A stretch of DNA of 64,000 nucleotides. Source: Naegleria gruberi. Taxonomy: Eukaryota. Made by a program: the position numbers and the translations under genes. The stretch's first letter is position 1. Every line of letters begins with the position of its first letter. The notes under the pieces are model-generated. The model was not told where the DNA came from, did not search any database, and worked only from the letters and a program-made list of their open reading frames with translations. The stretch lies in assembly GCA_000004985.1 (NCBI GenBank), contig GG738861.1; one strand, given 5' to 3'. This document shows positions 40,355 through 50,593 of the stretch, in pieces.

Positions 40355-41404
40355 TTATATTTCAACACTTTCTGGAATGTCAGTATTTGGTGCAAGCTCA
40401 AGAGATGGTTCGTATGGTGTAGATTCTTCTTCGGCTTCACCACCAACATTTTCTTCTTCAGCACCACCTTGACTTGATCTCTTTTTCTTCTTTGGGGATG
40501 GCTCTACTGTATTGTCATCTTCAAATTGGAATTCCTCTTCTCCATCTTCTTGAGAGTATGGCTTAGGTCTGTATGGAGATGTGGAGAATGAATCGTCCTT
40601 ATTTACATTATCTTCATCGTTGTTTTGTTCGTTTTGTTCATTATTTTCATCTTGTTCCTCTTCTCGGTTATCATCTTGATTTTCCTCTTCATCACCCTCG
40701 TGATAAGATGGAAGAACACTCTTAGATTGACCTTTCTTTCTCTTTCTTTTACGTTGTTCCTTATTATGTACAGCTTTTTGATAACGAGAACTAAATGTTG
40801 ATCGTCCCCATTCCATAGCTTTATGAACTCGATTACTAAAAGATTGAGATTCCATAAAGGAGAGAGCTTCATCCATTTGTAAATCTGGAAAAACAGTCCT
40901 GCACCAATCGTGAAGTGTATCAAGATAGATATTGAGTCTCTTTGTCAGTACTTGTTTTTCATTACCACTATCCAATGGTACATTTGCTAATTGTTTAAAT
41001 TCCTTATTCTCACTCAAAGCTTGATGTAACACATGGAAACCCATCTGTTTATCTGTATACTTTTCAATTCTTCTATACTTGAGTGGAAGTTTTGGACCTT
41101 CATCTTGTTGAGTAGCACCACTTGCATCACCATCAGCAGTTGTAACACCAGCAGCCTTTTTACGTGTAATCTTCTTTACAGCACTTGCTTTGGCAGCTGA
41201 TGTTTTTGCTGCGGAAGAATTGGTGACTGATTTTCTTGATGCTTTTGAAGGTGGTCTTCTACTCTCCTCCTCATCATATGATTCCAAAAGCGCTCTTTCT
41301 TCTCTCAAAAGTTCATATTTTTGGTCATCATTTTCAAATTCAATAAAACCATCAAATTCGTCCTCGTATAATTCCTCCAAATCACGACGATTACGTGAAG
41401 ACAT
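40355..41404 (-). CDS. Acidic nuclear protein, possibly Tipin/Csm3/Swi3 family (replication fork protection)
   Basis: The N-terminus is acidic (MSSRNRRDLEELYEDEFDGFIEFENDD). The central block RLNIYLDTLHDWCRTVFPDLQMDEALSFMESQSFSNRVHKAMEW resembles the Tipin core (RLMGFYQLWLDDLFPKAKFGDCLAMIEKLGHSKRMKVTRMEW). The C-terminus is basic/acidic. Family assignment is tentative. Confidence 0.5.
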   Translation of the reverse strand: MSSRNRRDLEELYEDEFDGFIEFENDDQKYELLREERALLESYDEEESRRPPSKASRKSVTNSSAAKTSAAKASAVKKITRKKAAGVTTADGDASGATQQDEGPKLPLKYRRIEKYTDKQMGFHVLHQALSENKEFKQLANVPLDSGNEKQVLTKRLNIYLDTLHDWCRTVFPDLQMDEALSFMESQSFSNRVHKAMEWGRSTFSSRYQKAVHNKEQRKRKRKKGQSKSVLPSYHEGDEEENQDDNREEEQDENNEQNEQNNDEDNVNKDDSFSTSPYRPKPYSQEDGEEEFQFEDDNTVEPSPKKKKRSSQGGAEEENVGGEAEEESTPYEPSLELAPNTDIPESVEI

Positions 41405-41718
41405 TTTTTTTACTTGTTTTTAATAATTATTTGAATGGCGTAACGATTGAAAAGTGGCGCCAAAATTTTATCCTGAGTGATTACTTTTCACATTTATTAT
41501 TTATTGCTCAACTCGTAAGCAAGGTAATCTTTCATATCCAATATGATTTTCTTATTTCTAACAAATCTTCTGCATTATTAAAGATAGCTAAGCACTTTAA
41601 AATTCATTGACCAGATGTAAATATAAAAAGAATGTTCAACAATATTCAACTACAGCCAACGGAATTTTATTTCAAGCTTTATTTGTCTCTCAAAATTCTA
41701 CAAAGAATTCTCAAAAAA

Positions 41719-42675
41719 ATGCGTCAATTACTTCTCTTCTTCATTGTTCTTCTTGCCTTAATGAGTGTTTGTTGTGGCTTCGATGTTAAGGTCGCATTGC
41801 CTGCTTCAACAACCACCTCACATCAAACCCCTGAGAAAAAACTGGTCAAATCATCAGCAACCTGCCACTTTGGAGAAAGAACAGGTTTACCACCAATTAT
41901 ATGCAGTGATTGCAAGTATTGCAATAAAGCTCCAACATGCACAAATTTCAATGGAGAGAAGAGCATATTTAACTCTCTACAATTCGAAAACAAAAACCTT
42001 GCTTGTAAATTGGCAATGATGAGAGAGCACTGTGCCAGTTCTGATCCAACAAATGATAATTTGTGGACGGTAGTTTCACCCAGTTATTATCCTTATTATA
42101 ATCCAACTTACAGATTCAAACTTTGTAAACGTTGGACTAACAAAATGTCTTCTATTTGTTACTCTAGCTATGATGTTGAATATGATAGTGATTGTTGGGA
42201 TGATCCAACATTCAGTTTTTCAGAGGCAATGGCAAGTGATGGACTTTGTAAGTTTGGTGAGCTCGTAGGAAAAGCTCCTCAACCGTGTCCGAATTGCACA
42301 GCATGTGGAAATGGAAATTATCCAACATGCTTCACATATAATTCTCAATTACAAATGAAAAAGCTCATTAATAATTATGGTGGCCTTGTAAATGAAGACT
42401 GTTTCGTTGATGTAAAACAATTGGTATGTGCTCAATATCATCCAAAGAATCAGGGATACCATTATAAGATATGGTCACCTTTTCAGGCTTGTAGATCTGT
42501 CTGTGAAAAGAAAAGGAATATGTTGTGTTATCCAGAATGGTATAATTGCAACGATTTTCCAACAGCTGATTGTTGGGATGGATCTATTACTGTGTCAGGA
42601 AGTTATGGATTCTTCCAAATTGTTCCGTTCAAGATAATTTTTGGATTGTTTGTTCTTATTTTAAGTCTCTTCTAA
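41719..42675 (+). CDS. Cysteine-rich secreted / GPI-anchored protein
   Basis: The signal peptide begins at the internal ATG 41719 (MRQLLLFFIVLLALMSVCCG). The track start 41632 adds 29 non-signal residues. A Cys-rich unit is duplicated (CHFGERTGLPPIICSDCKYCNKAPTCTNFN / CKFGELVGKAPQPCPNCTACGNGNYPTCFTYN). The C-terminus is hydrophobic (IIFGLFVLILSLF*). Confidence 0.55.
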   Translation: MRQLLLFFIVLLALMSVCCGFDVKVALPASTTTSHQTPEKKLVKSSATCHFGERTGLPPIICSDCKYCNKAPTCTNFNGEKSIFNSLQFENKNLACKLAMMREHCASSDPTNDNLWTVVSPSYYPYYNPTYRFKLCKRWTNKMSSICYSSYDVEYDSDCWDDPTFSFSEAMASDGLCKFGELVGKAPQPCPNCTACGNGNYPTCFTYNSQLQMKKLINNYGGLVNEDCFVDVKQLVCAQYHPKNQGYHYKIWSPFQACRSVCEKKRNMLCYPEWYNCNDFPTADCWDGSITVSGSYGFFQIVPFKIIFGLFVLILSLF

Positions 42676-42860
42676 ACTATTATAATTAAACTAATCAATG
42701 AATTCATTATTTACTTCTATTGCTCATAAAAAAGTGACTTTTTACCTTTGGATAGAGACTTATATTCAACATTGTGGATGGAGAAAAGAATGATTATCAA
42801 GGTATTGTCTAATGCTGTATATGAAAACAAATATATGAATAATAATTCATAATTATGTAT

Positions 42861-42932
42861 TCCCGTGTAGTCCAATGGCTAGGATACCTGGCTTTCACCC
42901 AGGAGGTCCGGGTTCAATTCCCGGCATGGGAG
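42861..42932 (+). tRNA. tRNA-Glu (anticodon UUC)
   Basis: TCCCGTGTAGTCCAATGGCTAGGATACCTGGCTTTCACCCAGGAGGTCCGGGTTCAATTCCCGGCATGGGAG folds as a cloverleaf. The acceptor stem is TCCCGTG/CATGGGA with one G-T pair. The anticodon stem is CCTGG/CCAGG around the loop cTTTCAc. The T-arm is GGTTCAATTCC. There is no intron. Confidence 0.9.
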
Positions 42933-42937
42933 AATAC

Positions 42938-42941
42938 TTTT
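42938..42941 (+). terminator. Pol III T-run, 6 nt downstream of the tRNA 3' end
   Basis: TTTT sits immediately after tRNA-Glu (ggcatgggag aatacTTTTg). Confidence 0.45.
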
Positions 42942-43396
42942 GAATAGGTATATCTTTCAATCTTTATTGTCCTCAATATTTTTTGCGCTAGTCTTTTTAC
43001 GGGCGTATCAATTCTCTCAACAAACTCCGAATAACAATATTGTGCTCACCTTGCTTCTCAACTACCTACCAAAATCTACCTCACTATCAAATTTGCTTAG
43101 ATTTTAAATCTTTGAGTAATACAGAGGATAATCCCACAGGGGTAATGGAGCAAATAACCCCGATAACACCAATAAACAATAAAATTCAAATTTTGCGCTT
43201 CAAAAAAATATTTCAACAACGTTGAAGGCTTTGAATAGGTGAATCACACAAAAACTCGCTCTCAAGTCTTCCTTCCCATCTTCATCAATTATTTTTGTTG
43301 TTTTGTTGTGGTTTTTTTTATTGATTAACACTACCAGTCGTCATCATTACCCGATCCAATTTTAACCTTCTCTTATACATCACCAATTTTGCCAAA

Positions 43397-45241
43397 ATGT
43401 TGAGGACATTATTTGCTTGCACAGTTTTGATTATGTGCTCGCTGATTTCAGTGACCCTTGCCCAAGAACACTATTGTTCATCTTCTAATGTGACATTGCT
43501 TCATTGGAATGTTACCGATCCAAGTTTCCCTAATTCTCCATATCCACTTTATTTCCCACAACTTCCTGACCTCCAATTTATGGTTGACATTGATGGAGCT
43601 CCACAACCAATGAAAACTAATGATAATATTTATGATGCTTTGAAGGGAACAACATTCTCAATGATGTTCCACGTTGTTAAAAACAAGGAAGATAAGGCCT
43701 TCTACAAGACTGTTTACGTCATGAACTCCAAGCATCAAGGAGGTAGTGTCCAAAAATTGATGGATTGCAACATTAGAGTTGCTCAAAATGAAATGGCCTA
43801 CTGTGATGGTTTGACAATGCTTCCAAATACTGTTACAACTGAAGGAAAGAATCAATACTCTTTATGGAATATTATTTCTGGAAGACAATTCGGAAGTGGT
43901 GATTTGAGTTCATCTATTATCCCATATTTATATACATCCGATATTACTTCATATGGTGTTAATGCTTCAATTACTGATGCTATTGCTATATTCCCAATTA
44001 TTCTTACAAATGTTGACAAGGATCCAATTTATGCTAAAGATGGTTCCATTTCAGGATATGAAACTTTGACTTCTGCCAACAATGTCACTTCCAACATTTT
44101 TGTTAAACCAATTTTACTTTTGGATGTTATTAATAATCAAACCAATCAAAACGAAATTTTGGCTTTGCACAAGTCAGATGCTAATGCTATCCGTATTATT
44201 AGAATCACTCCTTTCCATGAATCATTTGGAATTACTTCTCAATACCTTCTCGTTCCTTCAATCCAAAGTGAAACTTTAAAGCCAACTATGGTCCAAAACA
44301 ATGCTAGAATTGTCTACAGCTCAAAGAGAGGATTGTTGCATGCTGTTGTCACCCTCTACAAGGATCAACAAGTTGCTTTCGAAAACTACCACAGACTTGA
44401 ACATGACAAGTTTATCAAATTCTCCTCAAATGCTCAATTTGTCAATGTTCTCATTACTCTTGATGCTTCAGATCTCAGCAATTTGAAGGTTGTCAAGGTT
44501 TCTCAAATCCTCACTGCTAACAATGTTAAATCAACTGCCGAACTTCTTGCTAGTGGAAATGTCAAGACATGGAAGCTCAATGATATTACTTTATCTGGTG
44601 ATTCTGAACAATATGTTGTAGTTGTTGGTACTATGATCTATACTGCCGAAGGTGAAACTGATAAGAATGGTTTTATTTATACTGTCAATATTGATGACTA
44701 TACTCCATTCCAATCTACTCCAGTTGCTGAAAGATTCTCTCTCATCACTGATGATGAAGCTCAAATTAGTAATTCAGATGCTCTCACTGTTACTGCTAAT
44801 TTCTATGGACTCAATGATACTATTGCTGTTGGTTCAGTCATTCGTACCAAGCTTAAGGATGATCCATTCTATGTTGAACCAAAGTTGGTGGGTTATGTTC
44901 ACTTATACAGTGCCTCAAATCTTGATGAACCTCTTGGATCAAAGATCATGAGAGAAAACCAAGGTATTAATCGTTTGTTCAAGGTTGAATACTTCCCAGG
45001 TCAATCCAAAGACTCCCATGCCCACATCTTCCTTGGATGGAATATCAATGATAATGGTGCTGTTGTCTCTACTCTTTCATTCTCTTGTATTCCAAAGGTT
45101 ATTAGAGATGGATGGCAATACATGTTGATTGGAGTTTTTGGTGGTGAATTCCTTATTTGCGTCTTGATTGGTGTTATTTACTTTGTTGTAAAGAAGGTTA
45201 GAGCCAAGTTTACTGCCAACAAGGAATACGAACAAGTTTAA
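43397..45241 (+). CDS. Type I membrane glycoprotein with a YxxPhi cytoplasmic tail
   Basis: A signal peptide (MLRTLFACTVLIMCSLISVTLA) precedes a large N-glycosylated ectodomain. One TM segment (MLIGVFGGEFLICVLIGVIYFVV) is followed by a short tail KKVRAKFTANKEYEQV* (YEQV matches an endo-lysosomal sorting motif). Confidence 0.6.
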   Translation: MLRTLFACTVLIMCSLISVTLAQEHYCSSSNVTLLHWNVTDPSFPNSPYPLYFPQLPDLQFMVDIDGAPQPMKTNDNIYDALKGTTFSMMFHVVKNKEDKAFYKTVYVMNSKHQGGSVQKLMDCNIRVAQNEMAYCDGLTMLPNTVTTEGKNQYSLWNIISGRQFGSGDLSSSIIPYLYTSDITSYGVNASITDAIAIFPIILTNVDKDPIYAKDGSISGYETLTSANNVTSNIFVKPILLLDVINNQTNQNEILALHKSDANAIRIIRITPFHESFGITSQYLLVPSIQSETLKPTMVQNNARIVYSSKRGLLHAVVTLYKDQQVAFENYHRLEHDKFIKFSSNAQFVNVLITLDASDLSNLKVVKVSQILTANNVKSTAELLASGNVKTWKLNDITLSGDSEQYVVVVGTMIYTAEGETDKNGFIYTVNIDDYTPFQSTPVAERFSLITDDEAQISNSDALTVTANFYGLNDTIAVGSVIRTKLKDDPFYVEPKLVGYVHLYSASNLDEPLGSKIMRENQGINRLFKVEYFPGQSKDSHAHIFLGWNINDNGAVVSTLSFSCIPKVIRDGWQYMLIGVFGGEFLICVLIGVIYFVVKKVRAKFTANKEYEQV

Positions 45242-45334
45242 TTTATTAATTCATTAAAAAACACTCTGTGTATTCAGAGAATAAAATCTTAAATTATTCA
45301 ATGTATGCTCAAGTAAGGTTGTCCACAGAAAAAA

Positions 45335-46267
45335 ATGACAGATAGTAGTGATAGCAAAAGTCTTGTTACCTTTCTCTTGATTGATTTTCATCGTGATGAT
45401 GAGAAGAATAATTATATATTTTCCAAATTGAAGGAAACAATGCAGAGAAAACTGCCATTCGAGAAATGGCTCCACTCTGTTGTAATTGACATTAATGGAA
45501 ATTTTGATCGTTTCATTACTGATATTTATCACCAGAATCATTCCTTGTTGTGTTCCAGTCCAAAAGCTCTCAAATTTCACACTGAAAACAAAGAAACTCA
45601 AAGATATCATCACAAGATAGGAGATCAATGGATTCATCCACAGCATGGTGTAATATTCGAAGGCATGTATTCTAGAAATTCTTCAGTTCTGTATCCTCCA
45701 GTTGAGTTATTTAATCCAACTGGATTTACTTTATTATTGAGGGTATTTATTCAGTCAAATGAGAGAGGAGTAATAATCATGTTTGGAGGAGGACACAGTT
45801 GGTTTGGTATTAATCCTTTTGGAATTAGTTTGAATAATGGTGATAAATGTTACGAGTTCACAAGTCAATTGGAATTATGTCAGTGGAATGATGTGTGGGT
45901 TTCGTATAATAATGCACAATATCCTGGCACATTTAATGAATCATGTCGTGTCTTTACTCACAAGAATTCTAATACAAAGAAAGAAATATTTTGCATTGTG
46001 AATGAAAATGAATACCACTTTGAAATTCCAATCGATAATGATGTTCTTTCTCTATCAGATGATGATTACATAGAAAGTGAAATGGGAATGGAATTTATTG
46101 ATCATTACTGTATGGATCGCCTCAAGGGTTTTTTCTCCAGTTTAGTTTTATTCAATCAAAGTTGTAATAGTTTTGATGAATTGAAATTGGTTGCCTCAAA
46201 CTTTTTGGAAAATCATTTTAAACCAACCGAAACCTATCAAGAAGTATTAAAAGATAAATTCAAATAA
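45335..46267 (+). CDS. Hypothetical protein, 310 aa
   Basis: Complete ORF with a true ATG: MTDSSDSKSLVTFLLIDFHRDDEK...GFTLLLRVFIQSNERGVIIMFGGGHSWFGINPFG.... Possibly a beta-sandwich domain. No family recognised. Confidence 0.5.
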   Translation: MTDSSDSKSLVTFLLIDFHRDDEKNNYIFSKLKETMQRKLPFEKWLHSVVIDINGNFDRFITDIYHQNHSLLCSSPKALKFHTENKETQRYHHKIGDQWIHPQHGVIFEGMYSRNSSVLYPPVELFNPTGFTLLLRVFIQSNERGVIIMFGGGHSWFGINPFGISLNNGDKCYEFTSQLELCQWNDVWVSYNNAQYPGTFNESCRVFTHKNSNTKKEIFCIVNENEYHFEIPIDNDVLSLSDDDYIESEMGMEFIDHYCMDRLKGFFSSLVLFNQSCNSFDELKLVASNFLENHFKPTETYQEVLKDKFK

Positions 46268-46310
46268 TCTTAAATTCTTTAAGGAAGTAATAAATTTTAA
46301 TGTACAAGTA

Positions 46311-47552
46311 TTAATAATTAACTTTTGGTTGAATGAATGTTGAAGTTCGTTTCATTCTCCTCAGAGATGACTGTTCCTGAGCTGGTTCTTCCTCACGTAC
46401 AATTTGAATTCCACTTGTTGTCAATAATCCACCACCACTCTCTTCATCTTTTGAATTCTTTTGAGAAGGGGATGAGTACATGGATTTTAGTTTTACAAGT
46501 GTTGAACCTACTCTCTTTCTATTATTCGAATCATCGTTCTCTGTTGCATTTTGATGATCAGAGGTATCCGAGTTTGCATGTTGATGCTTGTTTTGGTTCT
46601 TTGAGGCCATATTTCTCATCACCTCAATGGATTTGATAAATTCGGCAACTTCTTTAGGTTGCTGAATAGATTTTTCAATTGCATTTAAAGTTTCGTACAA
46701 ATCTGAAATGCTAATTAAACGATCTGACTTCATGTAACACATCCATTTGAGTGTAAATTTGATAATTTCTTTCATATTGAGAGGTGTGTTAATAATTGAA
46801 ACATCTACTAGGTATTTCTGTACAGCTTTGATCAAATCCAAATGTTCAGCAATCAACAGTAAAAGTTCATTCATAGAGTTGACTGAAAATTTTAACATTT
46901 TCTCAATAGTGGTATTACTACTAAACAGTAATGAAAAGCAAACACTCTTCAGAATGACCCTCTTTGCCAATGTAATTTCAGTTTTAAAAACTGTTGTTTC
47001 TAACACTGAATTTCCACAAACTTCTCCAAATAGAGAAAGAGCATTTTCCATTGTCATTTTGGTATTTTCTGGAAGATTGAGAATTTCAGTCTTTTCAAAT
47101 TTAGTTTTGGCAATGATTTGTGTAGCAGCTTCTCCCATCAATATCTTTTTCAATACTGTTATCAAATTGATAATCTTGAAACGATAGGCCATCATTATAA
47201 ATTCACTCAAATCATTCACTTGACAATTGACAACTCCAGAGTAAAAGTATTCAATGAGACTTTTGAATATTTTGAGAGGTTCTTGAATGGGAATTGTAAG
47301 AATTGATGAATTGGATACTGTTCCTGATGAAGATCCTCTCGGAGTAAGAACCTTCTCATGAACATCAAATAAATTCTTAAAATATCGATTTTGATAGAGC
47401 ATGAATTTGTGTGCATAGATTTTACCTTCCAATGTTTCAAAGATAACGTCTGGGAATGATTCTGCATTGTTAAAACATTCGGAAAAAGTGCAATCAAAGC
47501 AGGGGACAGATATCAGATTGTTTGACATTTTTTTTTTAACGTATGATGGCAT
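46311..47552 (-). CDS. BTB/POZ-domain protein
   Basis: The N-terminal BTB fold is FPDVIFETLEGKIYAHKFMLYQNRYFKNLFDVHEK...IPIQEPLKIFKSLIEYFYSGVVNCQVNDLSEFIMMAYRFKI. A helical region and an S/Q-rich C-terminus follow. True ATG at 47552. Confidence 0.65.
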   Translation of the reverse strand: MPSYVKKKMSNNLISVPCFDCTFSECFNNAESFPDVIFETLEGKIYAHKFMLYQNRYFKNLFDVHEKVLTPRGSSSGTVSNSSILTIPIQEPLKIFKSLIEYFYSGVVNCQVNDLSEFIMMAYRFKIINLITVLKKILMGEAATQIIAKTKFEKTEILNLPENTKMTMENALSLFGEVCGNSVLETTVFKTEITLAKRVILKSVCFSLLFSSNTTIEKMLKFSVNSMNELLLLIAEHLDLIKAVQKYLVDVSIINTPLNMKEIIKFTLKWMCYMKSDRLISISDLYETLNAIEKSIQQPKEVAEFIKSIEVMRNMASKNQNKHQHANSDTSDHQNATENDDSNNRKRVGSTLVKLKSMYSSPSQKNSKDEESGGGLLTTSGIQIVREEEPAQEQSSLRRMKRTSTFIQPKVNY

Positions 47553-48426
47553 TTGTCATGCTATTCTTGATTTGGAATGTATTCGTCATCGATAGTGGTT
47601 GAATTGGTGTTTGGGAAATGATCAGGGCAATACACTGCATGATGAGCTGAGCATTTAAAATAATGACTCCCTGATGAGATTAAGGATCTATCTTGGTTCC
47701 TCTTAAAATAGAGATATCAAAGTGTTTAAAATTACCTCTTTCGTTTTCAAGAATATTTAAATATTCCCATGGGCTTTAAAATGCAAGGAATTTATTTTTG
47801 ATTGGAAAATTGGTCATCATTTAAGGCCAATGAATGAACTGAGGATAAATTTCATGTGGAGAAATTCCCCAACTTGTTGGTGTTAGTGAGCTCCATAAAT
47901 CTAATTCCAATCTTTTTTAATGTTGATCCAATTCTTCTTCGATGTGCTTTCATCTAGAAAGATAAGTGTCTTGAAAAAGAGCGATATTTCTTTGTTAATT
48001 CTGTTGTCTTCTTCTCGAAATTCTCATCACACGAAGTTGAGAAACCTAGAGACTGTTTCATTTCATTCAATTCATCATCTCTAGATCTGTCAAGGATTGA
48101 GTCGAATCTCAAATCAAGAAAGATATCAAATGTCTAAAAAAGAAAGAAGATCAATCTTATTCTTCTATGTCTTCTCTGTAAATCTTGAAAATCTTTATCA
48201 TTATCATCTGTTTTATTCAATAATCTATAAGAGAATCTCTCTGGAGTTCTATTATTATTTCACAATATCTAAGGAGTACAATCTAGTAGTGACGTGGGCT
48301 GTAACCTATAGTTCCGTAATATATGACCAATCAAAACATTGCAAAACATTATCATTTGAGACCCACAATGCAATTAAAATATTAAAAAAAAGAGAATGAG
48401 AAATATTGAATATTAAGGAATTAATT

Positions 48427-49318
48427 CTACTTACGGTCACCGCCTCTTCTTCTAGAATCATAAGGAGGGGATCTTCTTGGAGAGTAACCACCTCTTGGAC
48501 CACTTGGTGATCTATCACCTCTGTCTCCTCTATCACTTCTATCACCTCTGTCACTTCTGTCACCTCTATCTCCTCTGAATGGTGGTGATCTTCTGGAATA
48601 TGGGTGATATCTTTGGTCTCTTCTACTATAACGATCATCGTCATATCTACGAGAACCACCTCCTCTACCTCCACCAAATCTACCTCCTCTACTTCCACGA
48701 GTAGATGGAGCAATACCTAATTGACTCTTCTTGTCTCTACCGACATCATAGTCAACATCCCATTTGTTTTGACCAGAAATTTCACCAGACTTGACAGCAT
48801 TGAAGGCCTTTTCGGTGTCTTCTCTGTTGGCAAATGAAATGAAGGCATATCTCAAAAAGTGACCTTGTTTAGTGAAACCAAGCTTAACACTAGCAATTTC
48901 ACCACACTTAGAGAAAGCATCACGCAAATCATTTTCAGTTGTGTTACTATCCAAGCTACCAAGGAAAATTGAAGTGGCCTTTGACTTTTCTTCTTGGAGA
49001 CTAAACTATGTGTTAAAAATCAATAAAATACTACAATAATACATACGCAACATTGTTTTCACTACTACTAGGTCTTCTATCGTATCTTCTTTCATCGTAA
49101 GATCTTCTATCATCACGACGGTCATCATATCTTCTTTCATTGTATCTTCTATCGTCATTGTATCTTCTGTCATCACGACGGTCATCATTGTATCTTCTAT
49201 CGTCATGTCTATCATCATTATATCTTCTATCATCGTTGTATCTCTTTGGAGAAGAACGAGGAGAGTGATTATTATTATTATTATGAGGTTCATCACGTTG
49301 AGGGGAATTATTTCCCAT
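48427..49318 (-). CDS. RRM RNA-binding protein with RY/RD-repeat N-terminus and RGG/RD-repeat C-terminus: join(49318..49043,49005..48427)
   Basis: Exon 1 is MGNNSPQRDEPHNNNNNHSPRSSPKRYNDDRRYNDDRHDDRRYNDDRRDD...SSENNVAY. Exon 2's track M (48954) is a TTG, and RNP2 (IFLGSL) lies upstream of it with a stop just beyond. That forces splicing through a 37-nt intron (gtattattgtag...cacatag, phase 0; weak GTATTA donor). Exon 2 is FSLQEEKSKATSIFLGSLDSNTTENDLRDAFSKCGEIASVKLGF...RYAFISFANRE (RNP1)...GRFGGGRGGGSRRYDD...GDRGDRSDRGDRSDRGDRGDR. Confidence 0.7.
48530..49262 (-). repeat. Imperfect in-frame tandem repeats within the RRM gene (9-nt GDRSDR units near 48530-48600; 24-nt RRYNDDRx units near 49085-49262)
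   Basis: ctctatcacttctatcacctctgtcacttctgtcacctctatctcctct and repeated cgtcat(t)gtatcttctatc units are visible directly. They encode RD/RY dipeptide-rich low complexity and are not CRISPR-like (no unique spacers, and they are coding). Confidence 0.6.
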
Positions 49319-50593
49319 TGGACTTCTTGGTGGACTACCAGACTAGATAATTTCCAAGAAGAAGAATGTGTAAATGTAAAACAATAATAATTGTCGTCAT
49401 CATTGTAGCATACAAAGAGGCGGTTTTTGATCAGCGAAAAAAAGAGCGGTGCTGATAACGTACCATTTTGAATATTTTTTTTGAAGTTGAAGCGTTGCAT
49501 TTTGGTTGGCAAAGCTGAGAGAAGCGGTTTTTAATAATTTGCCTTCAAAACTTTGGGATAATTGAGTGGAAAGTGAAAGACCATTGAGTGGCAGATTTGA
49601 ATTGTTGGGATTGTGTTGGAGGTGTAGATTAAGTTGTTGAGAAAAATTGTTTGCATGGCGAAGTAATTGTGTCGAAAGAAATAATGTCAGTTTGAAGTGG
49701 AATTGTAAACTGGCCAACACAATTTACTAAGAATATGGCAAATTTGAGGGATAATTTTGAGGGATGGTTTTCCTGTTTGGCTTTTTAAAGAATTCCTTCC
49801 CAATTTGCAAAGAGCAATTTCATGTTCAGTAAATAATTGGCAAGATTAATATGATGTGTTTACAATACAAAAAGATGGATCCAAATTCATTAATGAAAAT
49901 GATTAGCTTGCTTGTTGTTGTATGGACATTGGTAGTTCAAATATGTTATTCTATATTTAGAGAACAATAAACTGTATTAATATTTCTTTATTCTGTGGTT
50001 GAAATAATTTTTAGTATTAATTTCAAATATTGAAAACAGTCTTTGCTCAATAAATGTTCTCTTCACAGTCAAATAATTTTGTTATCAAGGATTGCCTATT
50101 TTCATAGTTTGAGCCAAAAATAACTTTTCTTAACCCAATGCTGAGAGTTAGATTGAACAATATCCTTATTCCTTGTCTCTATATAAATTATCGCTTATTA
50201 TCAAAACATGTTAAATATTTGCAAATAAACGAAAATAATTTGTCAAGCCGATAATAATAATATTTACTCAGCACACACTTGGTGTCAACATAAACAAGAA
50301 AAAAATTTCGCACCACCTTGAAATTCATTGCTTGTGCTCTGAGAGTAAACATATCGACAAAACAATACCGTAACGACTGGAATATTTTTGCGCCAAATAC
50401 ATTCACGTGCTATTCAAGTCCAACTTCGCCGCCAAAACAGCGTTACATTAGGCAACCTATCTTCAACGTATCATCTCTTTGCACCAACAACAAAATTCTC
50501 TCTGGCTAGCTGGTCATCCGCACCAACAACAATAACATCATCATCAACAATTATTATAATAATAATATTGAGAGCATAATACAAAGCATAGTG

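Noticed and set aside
47553-48426. Possible C/D-box snoRNA (TGATGA ... CTGA) in the BTB/RRM intergenic spacer
   Set aside because: The box-like hexamers occur at random frequency in AT-rich DNA. I cannot identify a guide-rRNA complementarity or terminal stem without a search.
48530-49262. Short tandem repeats (9-nt and 24-nt units) that might suggest a CRISPR array or minisatellite
   Set aside because: They are in-frame, encode RD/RY low complexity inside a spliced RRM gene, have no unique spacers, and the host is eukaryotic.
49006-49720. 168-aa and 106-aa minus-strand ORFs overlapping the RRM gene 5' region and promoter
   Set aside because: They are alternative frames of the RY-repeat exon (the 95-aa frame 49031..49318 is the one that splices correctly into the RRM) or AT-rich promoter sequence.
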